From positions 15,006,001-15,070,000 of the forward strand of contig CM052832.1 of NCBI GenBank assembly GCA_028534125.1: a DNA stretch of 64,000 nt, in the 5' to 3' direction. Positions 62,981 through 64,000 of the stretch are shown here, one piece after another. The position numbers and the translations under genes are program-made. Source of the stretch: Lama glama (taxonomy: Eukaryota). The stretch's first letter is position 1. Every line of letters starts with the position of its first letter. The notes beneath the pieces are model-generated. The model was not told the origin of the DNA, made no database searches, and was given only the letters and a program-made list of their open reading frames with translations.

Positions 62981-64000
62981 ATGCCCAGCACAGTGCAGGG
63001 CCCCCTACTCACACCTGAATGTCACAGGCAGGTCCTTTTAGTCCAGAAGCTCTCAGTGCAGGAGCCTGGGGATGGTGTCAAAGGTGGTTTGCAGGCTGGC
63101 TTCATGTTGGTTTTCCCTCTGCCCCATGGAGTGGGGGATAGTCAGCCTTGTGTCCTGCGTGAGTGGGGCCTGATGTCCCCTGACTCCTTCCTGGTGGTGC
63201 TGTTATAAGCCAACGTGTCCATTGCAGATTTGCATGTGAACAGAAGAACATAGGGAGCAGTGAAAATTACCCATTCATCCCACTATCCAGAGTGACAACC
63301 TTGATGTGCTTGTGTATTTCCTACTAGCCCTTCTTCTGTGTAGTTTGCGAAGTCGAGAGCATAACATCTCTGTAGTTCTGTAGCCAGCTCTTGTCCACCA
63401 AACTACAGTTGGGAGCATTTCCCAATATCCTTCAATAGTCTTTGGAACATGGTGTTTAATGGCTATGTAATCACCCACCGGGGGCGCTATCATCTTTTAT
63501 GTGTCATGTCTCACTGGTGGCTGGTGGGGTGTGAGGTTTCTGAGCTGCTTCCTCGGCCTGTCTGTGCATGTCCATGAGGAGACGTGACACGGAAGGCTCG
63601 GGTGCTGGATAGTAGGAAGGAGGAGGTGGGATAGGCCCTACCTAATTGGAGTGGTTATCCTAGGAGTGACAGGTGCTCAGGTGCTCCCTGTGAGGGTGGG
63701 TGGGAAGGTGGACGTGACAGATGGAGTGTAGGAGGCGGAACCAGGTGTCCTCTGTGATGCCGTGCACATAGGCTTGGGGGGGGGGAGAGGTGCCCAGCTG
63801 GACTGCAGGCCTGAGTCTGGGGGATTGTGGCTTCACTTGATTCCTGCTCAGGATGAAAGCCCCCACAGCCAAATTCAGCCCAGGAATAGCAATCCAGTGT
63901 GGCAGCTGAGGGAGGGGGTGGGTAGGGGGCCAGGCGGGCAGGAAGGAGAAATGACCTCACTCGTACCATTTGCTGTGGACAGGTGGGGTGTGTAGCCGGA

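Overview
This is mammalian genomic DNA, probably camelid (inferred from the young tRNA-derived SINEs and an L1 3' end), covering the 5' part of GRM4 (metabotropic glutamate receptor 4) on the + strand. The only well-supported coding sequence is the first coding exon (ATG 48138, donor after 48656, 173 codons: signal peptide plus the start of the Venus flytrap domain). A CpG-island promoter with a non-coding first exon lies at about 36.5-38.2 kb, and a second CpG-rich alternative exon lies at about 28.5 kb. The rest is intergenic or intronic: MIR, L2, L1, MaLR/ERV LTRs, hAT/Tigger DNA elements, several nested insertions with target-site duplications (TSDs), and a 100-N gap. I found no evidence of a new gene or multi-gene system. 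The most interesting observations are a near-perfect 205-bp non-tandem duplication with an inverted junction, a frameshifted counterpart of a human GRM4 alternative N-terminal exon, a compound REST/RE1 site, four uORFs, a strong CTCF site and recurring TAATGACA composite motifs. Repeat subfamily names and human comparisons are from memory and need database confirmation.
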